Origin: Octopus sinensis
Taxonomy: Eukaryota
Assembly (NCBI RefSeq): GCF_006345805.1
Contig: NC_043007.1
Location: forward strand, 51,398,001 to 51,462,000
Length of the DNA stretch: 64,000 bases
Direction: 5' to 3'
A model generated the notes under the pieces. It did not search any database. It had not been told where the DNA came from and saw only the letters and a program-made list of their open reading frames with translations. The position numbers and the translations under genes were made by a program. Shown piece after piece: positions 10,285-23,541 of this stretch (position 1 is the first letter of the stretch; each line of letters begins with the position of its first letter).

Positions 10285-11857
10285 CCGTATTTTAATTTTA
10301 TAGCGTGCGTTCACTTCACTACCGAGCGCAGCTCTGTGTGCCTTGGGTATGTGCTGTGATTTGTTGTGATGCTCTGATAGTTATTGTATTGAAAGTGTTC
10401 TGCGTAGGATGTGTGCAGTGCCTAGTAGTGCAATTTTCTGTATGTTATATATGTTTGTAAGTCCTGGTGTTTTTGTTATGTATTTGTCTGAATATTTTTT
10501 TATCATGCCTAATGCACCTACTATGATAGGAATTGTTTCTGTTTTTAGATTCCACAGTCTGGTTACCTCTATTTCCAGGTCTTTGTATTTTGAAAGTTTC
10601 TCCATTTCTTTTAGAGACACGTTGTCATCTGCCGGTATTGATACATCAATTAGAAAGCATTTTTTCTTCATGATCTCTGACAACTATATCTGGTCTGTTG
10701 GCCTTAATTTCTCTCTCTGTGTGTATCGGCATATCCCAGAGTATGGTTGCTTTCTCGTTTTCTGTGACCTTTTCTGGTGTGTGCCTATACCATCTTTTTT
10801 CTGTTGTTATTCCATAATGTTGGCATAGCTTCCAGTGTATGTAGGTTCCAACTCTGTCATGTCCTTCTTAGCCAGGACTGGGCAGCCAGAGATAATATGA
10901 TTTATTGTTTCTTGTCCATTTCCACATATTCTGCAGTTACTTGTTATATTTCTTTTCATACATGTTTTTGGTAATTTCTGGTGGGGAGGCTTTGGTCTTG
11001 TGTTGCAATTAAAAATCCCTCTGTTTCTGCTTTGAGTCCTGAGCTTCTCAACCATAGCTGGGATTTTTCTTTGTCTATTTCTTTTGCATTTAGTTTAGTC
11101 CAGTATTTACCATGAAAGGGCTTTTCTTGCCATCGTTTTATCATGGTTCTTTGCTGTTCTAGTTTTAGTTTGGATTTCATTTGTTTTATAGCTTTTGTTG
11201 TATCTTCTTCTTCTTCTTCTTCTTCTTCTTCTTCTTCTTCTTCTTCTTCTTCTTCTTCTTCTTCTTCTTCTTCTTCTTCTTCTTCTTCTTCTTCTTCTTC
11301 TTCTTCTTCTTCTTCTTCTTCTTCTTCTTCATATTTGTTAGGTGGTATGATTTCTTATTTGTATTTGTCAGCTTCCTTAAATACTAAGAACAGCTTTTTG
11401 TTTTGCTCGTGTTTTGCCCCTATTTGTATCAGTTTTCCTTCCTTCTGAAGTAGATATTTTTGTAGTCCTATGGTGGTTATTTTATAGTAGTTTTCCAGCT
11501 GTATAAGGCCTCTACCACCTTCTATACGTTGTATATATAGTCTTTCTATGTCAGACTTTGGGTGATGCATCCTAGATCCTGTCATTATTCTTCTTGTTTT
11601 CCTATCTATTTTGGTCAGTTTATTTAGTGTCCAGTTAAGGATATTGTAGCTGTAACTTATAACTGGGACAGCTAAAGTGTTAATACCTATTATCTTGTTT
11701 TTAGCATTGAGCTCTGTTTTTAGTATTGATCTAACTCGTCTATAATATTCCTTTTTAATTTTCTCTTTCATTTGTGTGTGTTGTGTCTTATCTAGTTCAT
11801 GGATTCCTAAGTATTTGTAAGTTTGGCTTTGGTCTAATTCTTTTATTTCACCGGTTT

Positions 11858-11860
<3 letters not shown>
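10285..11860 (-). mobile_element. R4/Dong-type element copy B (same subfamily as A, shorter)
   Basis: Close match to 6113-7550; (ATT)n at 10131-10284 and 11861-11938. Confidence 0.92.
11203..11330. repeat. (TTC)42 microsatellite inside the coding region of copy B
   Basis: TC+(TTC)42 counted directly; copy A has only two GAA codons at the same position. Confidence 0.9.
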
Positions 11861-11938
<78 letters not shown>

Positions 11939-12889
11939 TGGAGTCGGAGTAACAGTTACATGAAAATTGTCATCTTGATTGTTATTGTATTGTTCCCTAA
12001 TATATTAATCAATGTGGTCATTTCTATGGTTAAATATCTCCAGCTTGACCCCCACCCCATTTCACAATTCATCCATCCCTATTCGATTCATAGATTCATC
12101 TCACTGTCTTATACCCTCTATCTGCTCAGTCTCTCCTCTCACACCTCACCCAACCCAACTCCCTTACCTTCTTCCACCCACTCCTTTCTCAACCCTACTC
12201 CCTTCGGTCGTTCAATCCTAATTCTTCAACTGATCAATCATGAAAAATTGTGATTTATTAAACGTCACTTTTCACATTGTTCTCGTTGCTTATGTTGTCG
12301 TTGTGGTTACTGTTGTAGATGTTGACGTTGTTGCAACTAACAATGTTGTTTTTGTTGTGGTTTTTACTGTTGTTGTTGTCGCCTTACTTGATGACGATGC
12401 TGATGTCGTTTATACATGCGTGTTCTCGATGCTATCATTACAAATTTTATTGCTGCTGTTGTCTAGTGCCAGTCATCTTTGAATCAAGCAGACTTATGAT
12501 CAAAAGCGTTCTTACCATGAACATCCAATCTTAGCGTTCTTACCATGAACATCCAATCTAAGTGTATCCTTTCTTTTAATGATGCAGATCGAACGACACC
12601 ACAGAGGAACCATCGTCGTTTAGTGCCGCTGCTGCTACTATTGTTGTTGCTGTTTGAAATGATATTAGTGCGAGAGGATAAGGACAGTAAAATGGAAGTA
12701 ACTGTAATAGATGTTGATGTAGGAGATGTTGATGTAGGGAGATGTAGATGTTGATGTAGGGAGTAGTGAGAGTATACAGAGTTACGGGTGCGCTGGAAGT
12801 AGTGAGAGTGCAAGGAGTAGTAGGAATATAGGAAGTAGGAAGATTGGGTAGTTGTAAAAGTGGAGAAGGTATTCGTGTTATTGTTCTTA

Positions 12890-13960
12890 AGGCAATTCAA
12901 CGATTTATTCTTTTTTCTTTTATTTTGTTACTGGTTTCGACCAGAGGCTGGAGCCATGCTTTCAGTGTTTTGGGGCCTCCTTCCGGTACTGTTTTTAGTG
13001 AAGAAACGAGTTGAACGAAGCTGCTCTTCTTCGTGCTTTCTGGCGTGATGTGGGATTTCAGACAGAAATTTGTCCAGATGCTTTTTGAACCCTTCCACAT
13101 CTACAACTTGCAGATCTCGTAGGTTCCTTAGAAGGATATTCAACAATTATGGTCCCTTGAAACCCAAGCTGTTGCATTACTCGGTCCTTATCTGAGATGA
13201 AGAAGACGGTATCTTTGGTATTATGCAGTACCGTCCAGTTCAGTGGTTGGTATACCTTTTAATTCAAAAGTTGGGAACCAGACCTTCCAGAATCTTCCTG
13301 ATGTATATCACTGCATACCTTTCTCATCTTCTCTCCAGGTAGTAAGAGCTTCAGTTCTTGTAGACTCGCCCAGTAGCTCATCTGTTTCACCAAGTCAATC
13401 TTCTCTGTGTAGTGGTACTAGATTGCCCCAAGTTCCGCCACCAGTTTGACGCTCTGTGGCAACCACAGTTGGGAGTAGTAATCCAGACGCCTGAGGACGA
13501 AGGTCCTCCATAAGAGTAGCAAGGTATCCTTATTTCCGGTTCTGAATGATCTAATGTTGCATCACTACTCATGTGGATTCCCAAGTCACACACCGATTCT
13601 AACTCTGGGATTGCACTGCCCCCTGGTACTATGTATTCCTATTGTAGGCTGTTTGTGGACCGAAATGGAGTGCTTGAAACTTATCAACATTTAATTGCAT
13701 GTTATTTTCATCAGTCCATTTATATGCCGATCGTTTTGTCACTTTTATTATGTCATCAGGGTTCTTGAGCGCCTGATGACACTTTTCTATCATCAGCGTA
13801 GCTGGTGACAGTGTCTGACTGTACGACTGACGGTATATCTGAGAGAGTCACTACAAACAGTAGTGGTCCCAACAGTTCTCTGAGGAACTCTGCGGCGGAT
13901 TGATGTCTCCCAAGAAAGAGCACCATTGGTTGCAACTGCCTAACTTCCGTCCTTTAAAAA
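12890..13960 (-). mobile_element. CR1/Jockey-group LINE 3' fragment (decayed RT and C-terminus)
   Basis: Frameshifted VPQxTVLGPLLF and SYADD motifs; C-terminus FKKHLDKFLSEIP. Confidence 0.7.
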
Positions 13961-14996
13961 GTAGGACAGCCACTCTCCCAGTTTTCAGTGATACCAAGGT
14001 CACGTAGCTTGTGACATATCATCATGATAACAGTGATGAGGATGATGGTGATAATAACGACAACAGTGGAGATGGCGATGATGATGATGATGATGATGTA
14101 ACCTGCAGTCCAATCCCGATCGAGCAGTTTCATGATGAAAGGTAATCCAAGCATGGCATTTCCTCCTTTTAGATGTATCTTTTCCTCCATAATCCTTTAT
14201 GTTGGTTTCTACCTACCCCTCGGTAGAATCAATGTGACTCAGTAATTACCAGTACGGCGCAGTATGTGACACACCCGGTCCTTTCATTGTCAACTGCACG
14301 CCATCAGACTAGATTTCACAGTTTTTTTAACAACAAGAGTTCATTCGAAGATTAGAAAGCATTTTCCAACGTACCGTGCATTAGAACCAAATCCGGGGAC
14401 TCGGGATTACAAAGAAAACCTCTTGACCGTTCTGCTATGGCTACATCAACAGCAACACAATGCAGATAAAAGAGAGTAGGGGAAATAAATAACGAAAAAA
14501 AATTTAAATAAGAAAGCGAACAAAACGGAAGGAGAAGAGGTGAGGATGGGGAATTGTTAATGCATTCCACTGATATGCAACAATTCGTCATGTTTGTATG
14601 CTAAATTTCTCTCGTGGGAAAGCGAAGTGTTATTTTAAGGACATGTAACGGAGACTTTGCAAGTATTTGTGAAACCACGTGAAATACGCAAGTTTGGAAA
14701 CGATAAAGAAAAGAAAATAACTATGCTTTTTTCTTGGTGCGCGCGCGTGTGTATGTGTGTGTGTGTGCGCGTGCGTATGGATTTGTGTGTAATTGTGTGC
14801 GTTTGGACAATGAGATACTGAATATAAACATTCAAGTGTCTACAGTATGGTAAAAGTGTTATCGACCTATTACACACACAATGATTTTTTTCTACTACGA
14901 ACTGCAAAGCTTCTTTGAAACTGCAAAATAAAAACCTTGTCCGTTACATCATATATGTGTATGTGTGTTGTTGCTATTATTATAATTGTTGTTGTT

Positions 14997-15050
<54 letters not shown>

Positions 15051-16380
15051 AATATTTGGCCATACCAGTAAACACATATCGCATCGATATCATTAAGTGG
15101 AGTCTCACAGACATGCAGAAAATGAATGGAAAGATCTGTAAAATCTTTACAAGCTATCGAATGCACCCTCCAAAATCAGATGTAGGCAGGAAGAGGTTCG
15201 ATACAGCTCGAACAATCCCATCCTTCAATTCAGCAATAATAGGCCTTGAAACGCACCTTAATAAAACAAGTGATGTGCTCTCACGAACTGCACTGAAGCA
15301 TGAAGATTCCAAGAAAGTTTCAATCCTGACGCTTAGTCAGAAATTTAGAAAGTTTATTGGCCTACAATTTAACGATAAGAATGACCAAAGACTCCCAAAT
15401 ACTGACAGACCTACCATTGCTTCTTCTGGTTTAGAAATTAACAATCAGAAAGACCAAAGAAATCCAAATAGTGATAAACCTATCATTGATGCAAAAAGCA
15501 TCAACAAAAAGCAAAGAAGGTTTGTATGAATAATATCGAAGACAACTGGAAAAGTAAACTCTTGCATGGAAAATAACTTAACCGCCTGTCCAAGCTAGAT
15601 ATTGATCAAAATCTAACACACCAATAGCTAGAAGGGACGTGTCTGAAAGAGGAAACAGAAGGTTTTGTTATTGCAGCGTAAGATCAGAGCTTACCTACCA
15701 GAAACTACCATGCAAACGTCTTTAAAGATGGATCTGACCTCTCGTGCAAAATTTGCGAAAAATACCCAGAGACAATTGATCGTGTTGTTTCTGGCTACCT
15801 AGTCTTCGCTGAAAAGAAGATATGACAGACTAGGGCTGTGCATCCAGTGGAATGCTTGTAAATACTACAAAGTTAAATCCCATGATAAGTGGTACAGGCC
15901 CCATCCAAAGGATGTAGTAAATGGCGATAGCGTCATCATCCTCTGGAATTTCTCAATACAGACACAAAAATTGACTCCAATCGCAAGATATTGTGATCAA
16001 GGACTACAGAGGAGCTTGTCAATAGATATGTCTGTCCCACAAGATCAAAATGTCTCAAGAAAGGAATACGAAAATCTTTCTCACTATAAAGATCTGCAAA
16101 ATAGAATCACAATAATGTGGAAGCTTAGTACTATTATAATACCAGTAGTAATTGGTGCGTTAAGCAACTCCCTGGTAACTTCAATCTCCGTGAACTACAA
16201 AAGATAACCTTGATGGGTACAGCCCATATACTACGGAAAGCATTCTCCATCTAAAATGGAATAAATGTGGGAATAACTTTAGCATGCATAGCAAAACAAG
16301 ATTGCCCTTGCTACCCTTGGCTTCCGGAGGATGCCCGGTAATAAGGCAGCTGAAATAAAGTTATAATGAAAGGAAGTCGT
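15051..16380 (+). mobile_element. R4/Dong-type element copy F (decayed)
   Basis: Fragments MHPPKSDV, DQSLPTRNYH, CKICEKYPETID, YKDLQ, PVVIGAL and LMGTAHILRK; AAT tail at ~16381-16399. Confidence 0.8.
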
Positions 16381-16399
16381 AAATAATAATTATAATAAT

Positions 16400-16582
16400 G
16401 GTTTCAATTTTTGCCATAAGGGCAGCAGTTTTGGTGAAGAGGATGATTGTTCAACTGGTACTTATTTTATCGACTCCGAAAGGATGAAAGGCAAAGTGGA
16501 CCTTGGTGGAATTTGAACCCAGAACGGAGCGACGGGCGAAATACCACTGAGCGTGTTAACGATTCTGCCAGTTCGACGCCTT
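16400..16582 (-). mobile_element. SINE family D
   Basis: Minus strand has B box GGGTTCAAATTCC and core CTTTGCCTTTCATCCTTTCGGAGTCGATAAAATAAGTACCAG. Confidence 0.8.
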
Positions 16583-16599
16583 TAATAATAATAATAATG

Positions 16600-16657
<58 letters not shown>

Positions 16658-16763
16658 TGATAATAATGATAATAATAGTAATAATAATGATAATACTACT
16701 AATAATGATGATAATTATTATTATTATCATTATTATCATTATTATAACTACTACTACTACTAC

Positions 16764-16827
<64 letters not shown>
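16583..16827. repeat. (AAT)n followed by (ATT)n: self-complementary microsatellite
   Basis: About 130 nt of AAT-type repeat, then about 115 nt of ATT/ACT-type repeat. Confidence 0.9.
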
Positions 16828-16829
<2 letters not shown>

Positions 16830-17884
16830 AAAGGATAAACAGTCCAAGAGCATGAGTTATATTTGCAGCACGTGATGTCTGGATGTCTGTTTAGGCTCGC
16901 GTATTGAGTTCATCATTCGATGTCGCTTTGTTTCAGGTGTGCGCTGAATTTTTTTTTTATATGTTTTTATAAGCTGCAAAAGTGACACTGTATCCGGTGA
17001 TTGAAGCATTAATCTAGCATTTGTATATTAACGTCGTAAATATTTCACATACCAAGGTGAAATATCTACAATGAGGACAAAAGAGTGACATTCTTTTATC
17101 CTCGCAGTATTTTTCTCTTCTATGTACAAAATGTTGCGACAAAACTAGTTTTCAGTCAGTAAATCCGTAACCCAATCTTTTTCCTTTATTTTCCATATGA
17201 ATGAAAGTATATATTTCACAGTCCCTTGATATGACCTTAGAGTTACCGTGAGATGCACAATCACGGGTCTTATAGCGTTAATAGATCTTTAATTACTGGA
17301 AAACCTGATACCTATGATTTTTTTTTTACAGTGTAGCTTCTTGCCAACATGTACTTCGGAAGTAGGCCTGTTTAGTCTATATACAGAAATAGAATAATTG
17401 ATAATATATCTACTTATTCGATTTTCCCCCTTTTTTATTCTCAGAATAATTTTGCTACTCAACACTCGCAGCTTTTTGCACTTTTACATTATACCAGCTA
17501 GTTCAAATTATCCTTCATATTTATAAAACCAGTCATTGTTTGCAGTAAATGCTTAAATGTCGCCTTCTTTCTTATCTGTAGATAAGACTTCGATATGAAT
17601 AACAACTTGCATGTTTTATCGTTGCGTTTGATCAGTCATCCATGTTGATAAATACCTTTCCATGCAAGGATTAGGTCTGACCACTTCTTTATTACTTACT
17701 TTCGTAGAATACAAGATATACGTATTAAATGCACATATTTTTGTTTATCTATCAAAATCCCAAATTGATCTCGCTAAAAATTGCTGAAACTAAATGCTGA
17801 AACTAAATTGGCTTTATATTTGGTTTCTAAAGCTATTGATTTCTGATTATTTACATTATAAATAGTGAAGTTTGACAAGAAACT

Positions 17885-18810
17885 ATACATGCAGGTTCAG
17901 GGTGCAGCCATTGGTGTCGGTATGGCTGGAGACGTGGCCGGCCTCTTCACGACCTGGTTAGACAGAAAACTTGAATAATCCTTAGCTGAACAATCCACGA
18001 CTGTATTGTTTTATTGTAGTATGTAGATGACATCAATATTCTCATCAGGACAAACCCTAGTAAATGTAGTGTAGAAACCGAGAAGAGCATAATGGAGAGC
18101 ATCCAGCACGTAGCTAACTCCATCCAATAAAGTATCAAGATAACTATAGATTACTCCACTCGGCACCCTAACAATAGACTTGATACTGAAATTTGGTTAG
18201 AAACTATAAACAACAAAGTGCAACGCCTCCACTTCTATTACATGAAGCACATAGCTTCTAATTATGTTGTTCACAAGAATTCAGCTTTGTCACACAATAC
18301 GAAAATCAAAATACTGATAGCAGATTCAGTTAGGATAATGAATAACGTGTCCACCCTATGCCAACCCTATGAAACAAGGAAACCTGCAGAACTTCATGCG
18401 CCACATGCAATTCTCTGGATATGACCAAAAAGATAGGATTCGTGTATACAGGGGAGATACGAAGAAGTTAGCATTATATGTAGCGAAGCCAGTGGTACCC
18501 GCCCAAGATACAAATGTAAAGACTGGTATAATATACAGAGAGTTTGTGGCAAAGCAAAGTAAACACATGGTACAGGGCTGACAAATATCAAGGAGTGATG
18601 TTTGTAGTGGCCAAGAAAAGCTCTGAAGGAGACCAGACTCAGCATTAAGATAGTTGAAAAGCCAAGAAGCTCCATGAGATCGCAGTTATGTAGGACGTGC
18701 CCATTCGAAAATACCACATGCACTAATAAAAACTGTGTGGTATGTAAGATTAACCTTGGCATTAACTGTAGAACTAAAAATGTAGTCTACAGCACTAAGT
18801 GCATTTCGCA
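17885..18810 (+). pseudogene. Penelope-like element RT, thumb and GIY-YIG start (decayed)
   Basis: YMQVQGAAIG, frameshifted YVDDINIL, YMKHIASNYVVHKNSAL, FSGY, then a Cys-rich linker CRTCP..C...C..C...C followed by NVVY. Confidence 0.7.
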
Positions 18811-18999
18811 TACCCGGCAAACCTGGTCGCCTACCGTGAAATATAATATCATACTTCGATACGAAAAAATCCACAACTTTCCGTCTCAATAAACCACTAT
18901 TGTCCCTGAAAGTTGTTTTTTAATATTTACTACGGATTGCTTGAAACTAACTTTTTTCCTACACCTCGAATCTTGGATATTATATATATATATGTATCT

Positions 19000-20416
19000 T
19001 AGTTTTGAGTCCTCCAGCGGCACATTGGGCGGCAAGGCTTCTCCAACGTGGTCGGTCGGCCACGGCAATTTCAGCTTCATCCCATTAAATGTCAATGACT
19101 TTGAGGTTATCGATGAAGGTGCGGCGCCAAGTCGCTTTTGGCTGCCCTTGTTTTCTCTTGGCATGCATTGGCTTCCACAGAATGGCGGTTTTCGCATACT
19201 GTAATAATGGTAATCGGAGGACATGGCCTGCGAATTGTAAGCGGCGTTCAGTGACAACGTTACGGGATGGATGGGTATCAGTTCGGTGATGTATCTCGTT
19301 GTTGGTGATGTGGTCATGGCATAATACTCGCAGTATCTGCCAGAGGCATCATAACTGAAATATATTCAGACTTCGTGCGATCTTTACCGATGTCCTACAT
19401 GTTTCTGCAGCGTATATTGCCGATGGTATGACGATGCTGTTGAAGAGGCGCACTTAGGTCTTGATGGAGATTGCCCTGCCTGCCCAGATGGGTTTGAATC
19501 TTTAGAAGACAGCCGAGACCTCCCCAATCCGGCAGGCAACGTCGCGTTCAGGCGTCTCCGTCTTTTGCCACGATGCTGCCCAAATAGGTGAACTCATCAA
19601 CTTCCTCGATTTGGTGTTGTCCAGTCATCAAGGGGACGCTATTAATGTTCTCATCGACATATCCAATCCTCATGATCTTCGTCTTGTTTGCACTTATGCG
19701 GAGTACGATCTTGGCCGCCTCCCGTTCCAATCTCTCTGTCATTGTGCGAATGACATTCTTCGTCGTTCCGAGGAGTGCGATGTCATCGGCGAAGTCGAGG
19801 TCAGTCAGGCGCCCCGAACCAAACCACGGAATCTCAAATCTGGGTTGGTGCATCGCCCCGCGCATGACGAAGTCGATTGCCATAAGAAATAGGGGAGGGG
19901 GTAAAATGTACCATTTTGCATACATATATATATGCATACACATGCATGCATACGCAAACATAAATACATACATACATACATACATACATATGTGTACACA
20001 CATGTACCCTGACGCTCTGTTCGATAATGTTGCGCAACACGATTTGTTCATTGTACGACTGTCCGCGTCGAAAACCGGCTTGTTCTTCTCGGAGCCTCTC
20101 ATCCACCGCCCTTTGCAGCCATCTTAAGAAAACGATATTGACGACCTTTCTTTTGGTGGCAGCGGAGATGCTGGAACACGGTGGTCATCCCATTGTCGAA
20201 CATCCGACGGCCCTCCTAAATGTATGCTGGATGACAGGCCGGGTCCCAGAGGATTGGCAACGGGAGGTGGGGGCGTAATCATCAAGCTTCCAAAAAACGG
20301 AAAACTCATCGATTGCTATAATTGGGGAGGGATTACGCTTCTATCTTCACACATACACACACGCGCGCACACACACATATATATACATATATTTAAATAT
20401 GTATGTTATATGTATG

Positions 20417-20461
<45 letters not shown>

Positions 20462-20490
20462 GTCTGGAAAGAGTCATTTTGTTTTAGTGC
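19000..20490 (-). mobile_element. RTE-clade LINE: 3' part on minus, 5' segment (20128-20490) inverted
   Basis: Minus strand: EEQAGFR, DLDFADDIALL, FTYLGS, FAGHVLR. Plus strand: AEMLEHGG..VPEDW..IIKLPKNG..NWGGITLLS. Confidence 0.85.
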
Positions 20491-21126
20491 CTTATTATTT
20501 AACACACACACACACACACACCGGTTCGATTGCCACTCATTTACTTATTATTTTTTCTAAAATTTTCGTTTTGCAACCTTTTCAATAGTCGTTGACTCTG
20601 TCCGTTATCAGAGCTTCGTTCTTTTTGTTTGTTTGTGCACATGTGTGTGCGTCAGGGTACATGTGTGTACACATATGTATGTATGCATGTATGTATGTAT
20701 GTATGTATGTGTGCGCATGCATGCATGTGTATGCATATATATATATATGTATGCATGTATGTATATATGTATTCTGCATATTCATGTGTCTGTATGTTCA
20801 TGTTTGTGTGTTTGTATGTGCGTTTGAGTGTTTGTATGTGTGTGTGTATTTGTGTTCGTACCTCTGTCTCCTTCTGTGTGCATATTTGAGTGTGTCTATG
20901 TGTATGGGTTTGTGTGTCTATGTGTATGGGTTTGTGTGACTATGTACGTGCGTCTGTTATGTATGGATGTGCGTTTCCATATGTGTCCTTGTGTGTGTGT
21001 GTGTGAAGTGTACATGTGTTTCAGTCGTCATTTGTGTATGTATGTGTGTGCTTGTCTACCCGTATTACCTATGTATCTGTTTATCTGTTTAGTTACATAT
21101 CCATTTATCTACACTCACACACACAC

Positions 21127-21211
<85 letters not shown>

Positions 21212-21214
21212 CTC

Positions 21215-21430
21215 TTTACTCTCTTTTACTCGTTTACTTGTTTCAGTCATTTGATTGCGGCCATGCTGGAGCACCGCCTTTAATCGAGCAACTCGACCCC
21301 GGGACTTATTCTTTTGTAAGCCCAATACTTATTCTATCGGTCTCTTTTGCCGAACCGCTAAGTAACGGGGACATAAGCACACCAGCATCGGTTGTCAAGC
21401 AATGCTAGGGGGACAAACACAGACACACAA
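21215..21430 (-). mobile_element. SINE-like repeat family E (3' part)
   Basis: Matches 45705-45865 (+): GGTGCTCCAGCATGGCCGCAATCAAATGACTGAAACAAGTAAA. Confidence 0.75.
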
Positions 21431-21440
21431 AACACAAACA

Positions 21441-21502
<62 letters not shown>

Positions 21503-21510
21503 ACATATAT

Positions 21511-21673
21511 ACGACGAGCTTCTTTCAGTTTCCGCCTACCAAATCCACTCACAAGGCTTTGGTCGGCCCGAGGCTATAGTAGAAGACACTTGCCCAAGGT
21601 GCCACGCAGTGGACTGAAATCGGAACCATGTGGTTGGTAAACAAGCTACTTACCACACAGCCACTCCTGCGCC
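21511..21673 (-). mobile_element. Full-length tRNA-derived SINE family A
   Basis: A box TGGCTGTGTGG, B-box-like GATTTCAGTCC, body GCCTCGGGCCGACC...GAAACTGAAAGAAGC, (TA)n tail. Confidence 0.9.
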
Positions 21674-21703
21674 TATATATATATATGTGTATATATATAT
21701 ATA

Positions 21704-21819
<116 letters not shown>

Positions 21820-21954
21820 CATACATAAGAGAGAGTGAGAGAGAGAGATTCTGTTTGTTTATTTGCCCACTAAAATGAAGCTAAATGGTTCAAGGAAAGC
21901 TATTATACTTTTTCTATATATATATATAAAATCGAAATTCTGCCTCTTTCTTTC

Positions 21955-22690
21955 TCCGGCAAAATGAAAGCATCTGATTTAAGGGAAGCTATTATGCTAT
22001 TGCCTAATTTCTTACACTCAATCCAATATGTAATTCAACAGACTCTATCGATGATTTGCCGGATGAAATCTTTCCTAATCTTCTTTATAATTACAACAAT
22101 ACAGATTGGATCTGTGAGCGACCTATCCTGGTTCCAAAAATATTGTTGTACATAGCATAAATAATACGCTACTGAATGAACTTCCAGGAGAAGTATTCAC
22201 TTATAACTTAATTGACAGTGTTGTTGATAATCAGGATATCGTTAACTACCCCGTCAAATTTTTGAACTCACTAGAACCACCTGGTACAGCTAACTATGGT
22301 CTTCAGCTGAAAAGAAAAATTCCTATTATGCTATTGTGTAATTTTTCTCAACCAAAATTATGCAATGGTACAGGATTAATTGTGCACAAACTTTTGACGA
22401 AGTGCATTGAGACAAATATTTTCAGTGACTGTGGTATCGTTTTCATTCCCCGCATACCAGCTATACCATCTGATGTTCCATTCCAATTTAAGCAGTTATA
22501 GTTTCCTATCCGTGTTTCTTTTGACACAAGCGTTAATAAAATTTAGGGTAAACACTAAAAGTTGACGGGTTGCAATTTGAACAACCATGTTTTTCAGAAG
22601 GCCAACTTTATGTAGGACTATCACGTGTGGAAGCAAAAGCAAATCTTTGCTTATGCACCACAAAATTTTTTTAAAATATTGTTTATAAAG
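21955..22690 (+). pseudogene. Helitron PIF1-family helicase C-terminal fragment
   Basis: NYPVKFLNSLEPPG, PIMLLCN, LCNGTGL, VFIPRIP..PSDVPFQFKQL*FP, with decayed motif V/VI downstream. Confidence 0.85.
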
Positions 22691-22803
22691 AAATATTCAC
22701 TCTTAATGCAACTTCAATACCTCAATAACTTAATTTGTCATTACTATCATTACATTCAAGAATAAGAAAATTACCTATTTAAATGAAGTGTATTAAATAA
22801 TTG

Positions 22804-23060
22804 CCATTACTGTATTGATAAGTAAAATAATACATACTACTCACTTCTTATAATCATATAATAAACAAACAGAAATTCATGTATGAAATTGATCTTTTTC
22901 CTACTTCAATTATTACGTTTTTCACTTATTTCAATATTATATAATTCCCATTACTGTATTGATAAATAAAATAACATATACAACTAACTTATTACTGTTA
23001 TCTAATAAACAAACACAAGTTCCTGTATGAAATTGATCTTTTCTCTACTTCAGTTATTAC
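22804..23060. repeat. Imperfect tandem duplication, period ~144 bp
   Basis: CCATTACTGTATTGATAA...GTATGAAATTGATCTTTT..CTACTTCA.TTATTAC occurs twice. Confidence 0.75.
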
Positions 23061-23187
23061 ATATTCTTCTCTTATAAAAATACACACATACTGGAGGAGT
23101 AAATTATAAATATAATAATACTTTGAATGTGGCCTCCGAGAAACAGTAAAATTAATTACCCGATCAACGACCTGTATTACTGCTAGC

Positions 23188-23255
<68 letters not shown>

Positions 23256-23443
23256 TGTGTGTATTTTTCCCTTGTTAACAATTAACACGGAAAAAATAGA
23301 TAAATAGTTACCAGGGTAGCAAACAATCACACAAGTAAAGAGGTTGTAACTCCTTGTTTTTAAAGGTAGAAACATCAGGTTTACGTGAAATTTTTTGTAT
23401 AATATATAAATAAATGGAGTTTAACGCAGGTGTAATTCAAATA

Positions 23444-23541
23444 CTTTTCTTCCGACACGTATTTCGAAGATATCACTGATATTATTCCGAAGGAATAAAA
23501 CGGTGTGAAACAATGTAATCTTTTCTTCAGGGACGAGAAGA
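23444..23541 (-). ncRNA. Type I hammerhead ribozyme, slightly degenerate (PLE-associated)
   Basis: CUGAAGA-AAAGAU...AUCUUC-GAAAU-ACGU-GUC-GGA, with stem I UCC/GGA. Confidence 0.6.

Noticed and set aside
12505-12559. Tandem duplication with 28-bp period
   Set aside because: Ordinary local slippage duplication.
16447-16875. Poly-Ile, poly-Tyr and poly-Leu ORFs (also at 10.1, 28.4 and 57-59 kb)
   Set aside because: Artefacts of (AAT)n, (ATT)n and (CTA)n tracts.
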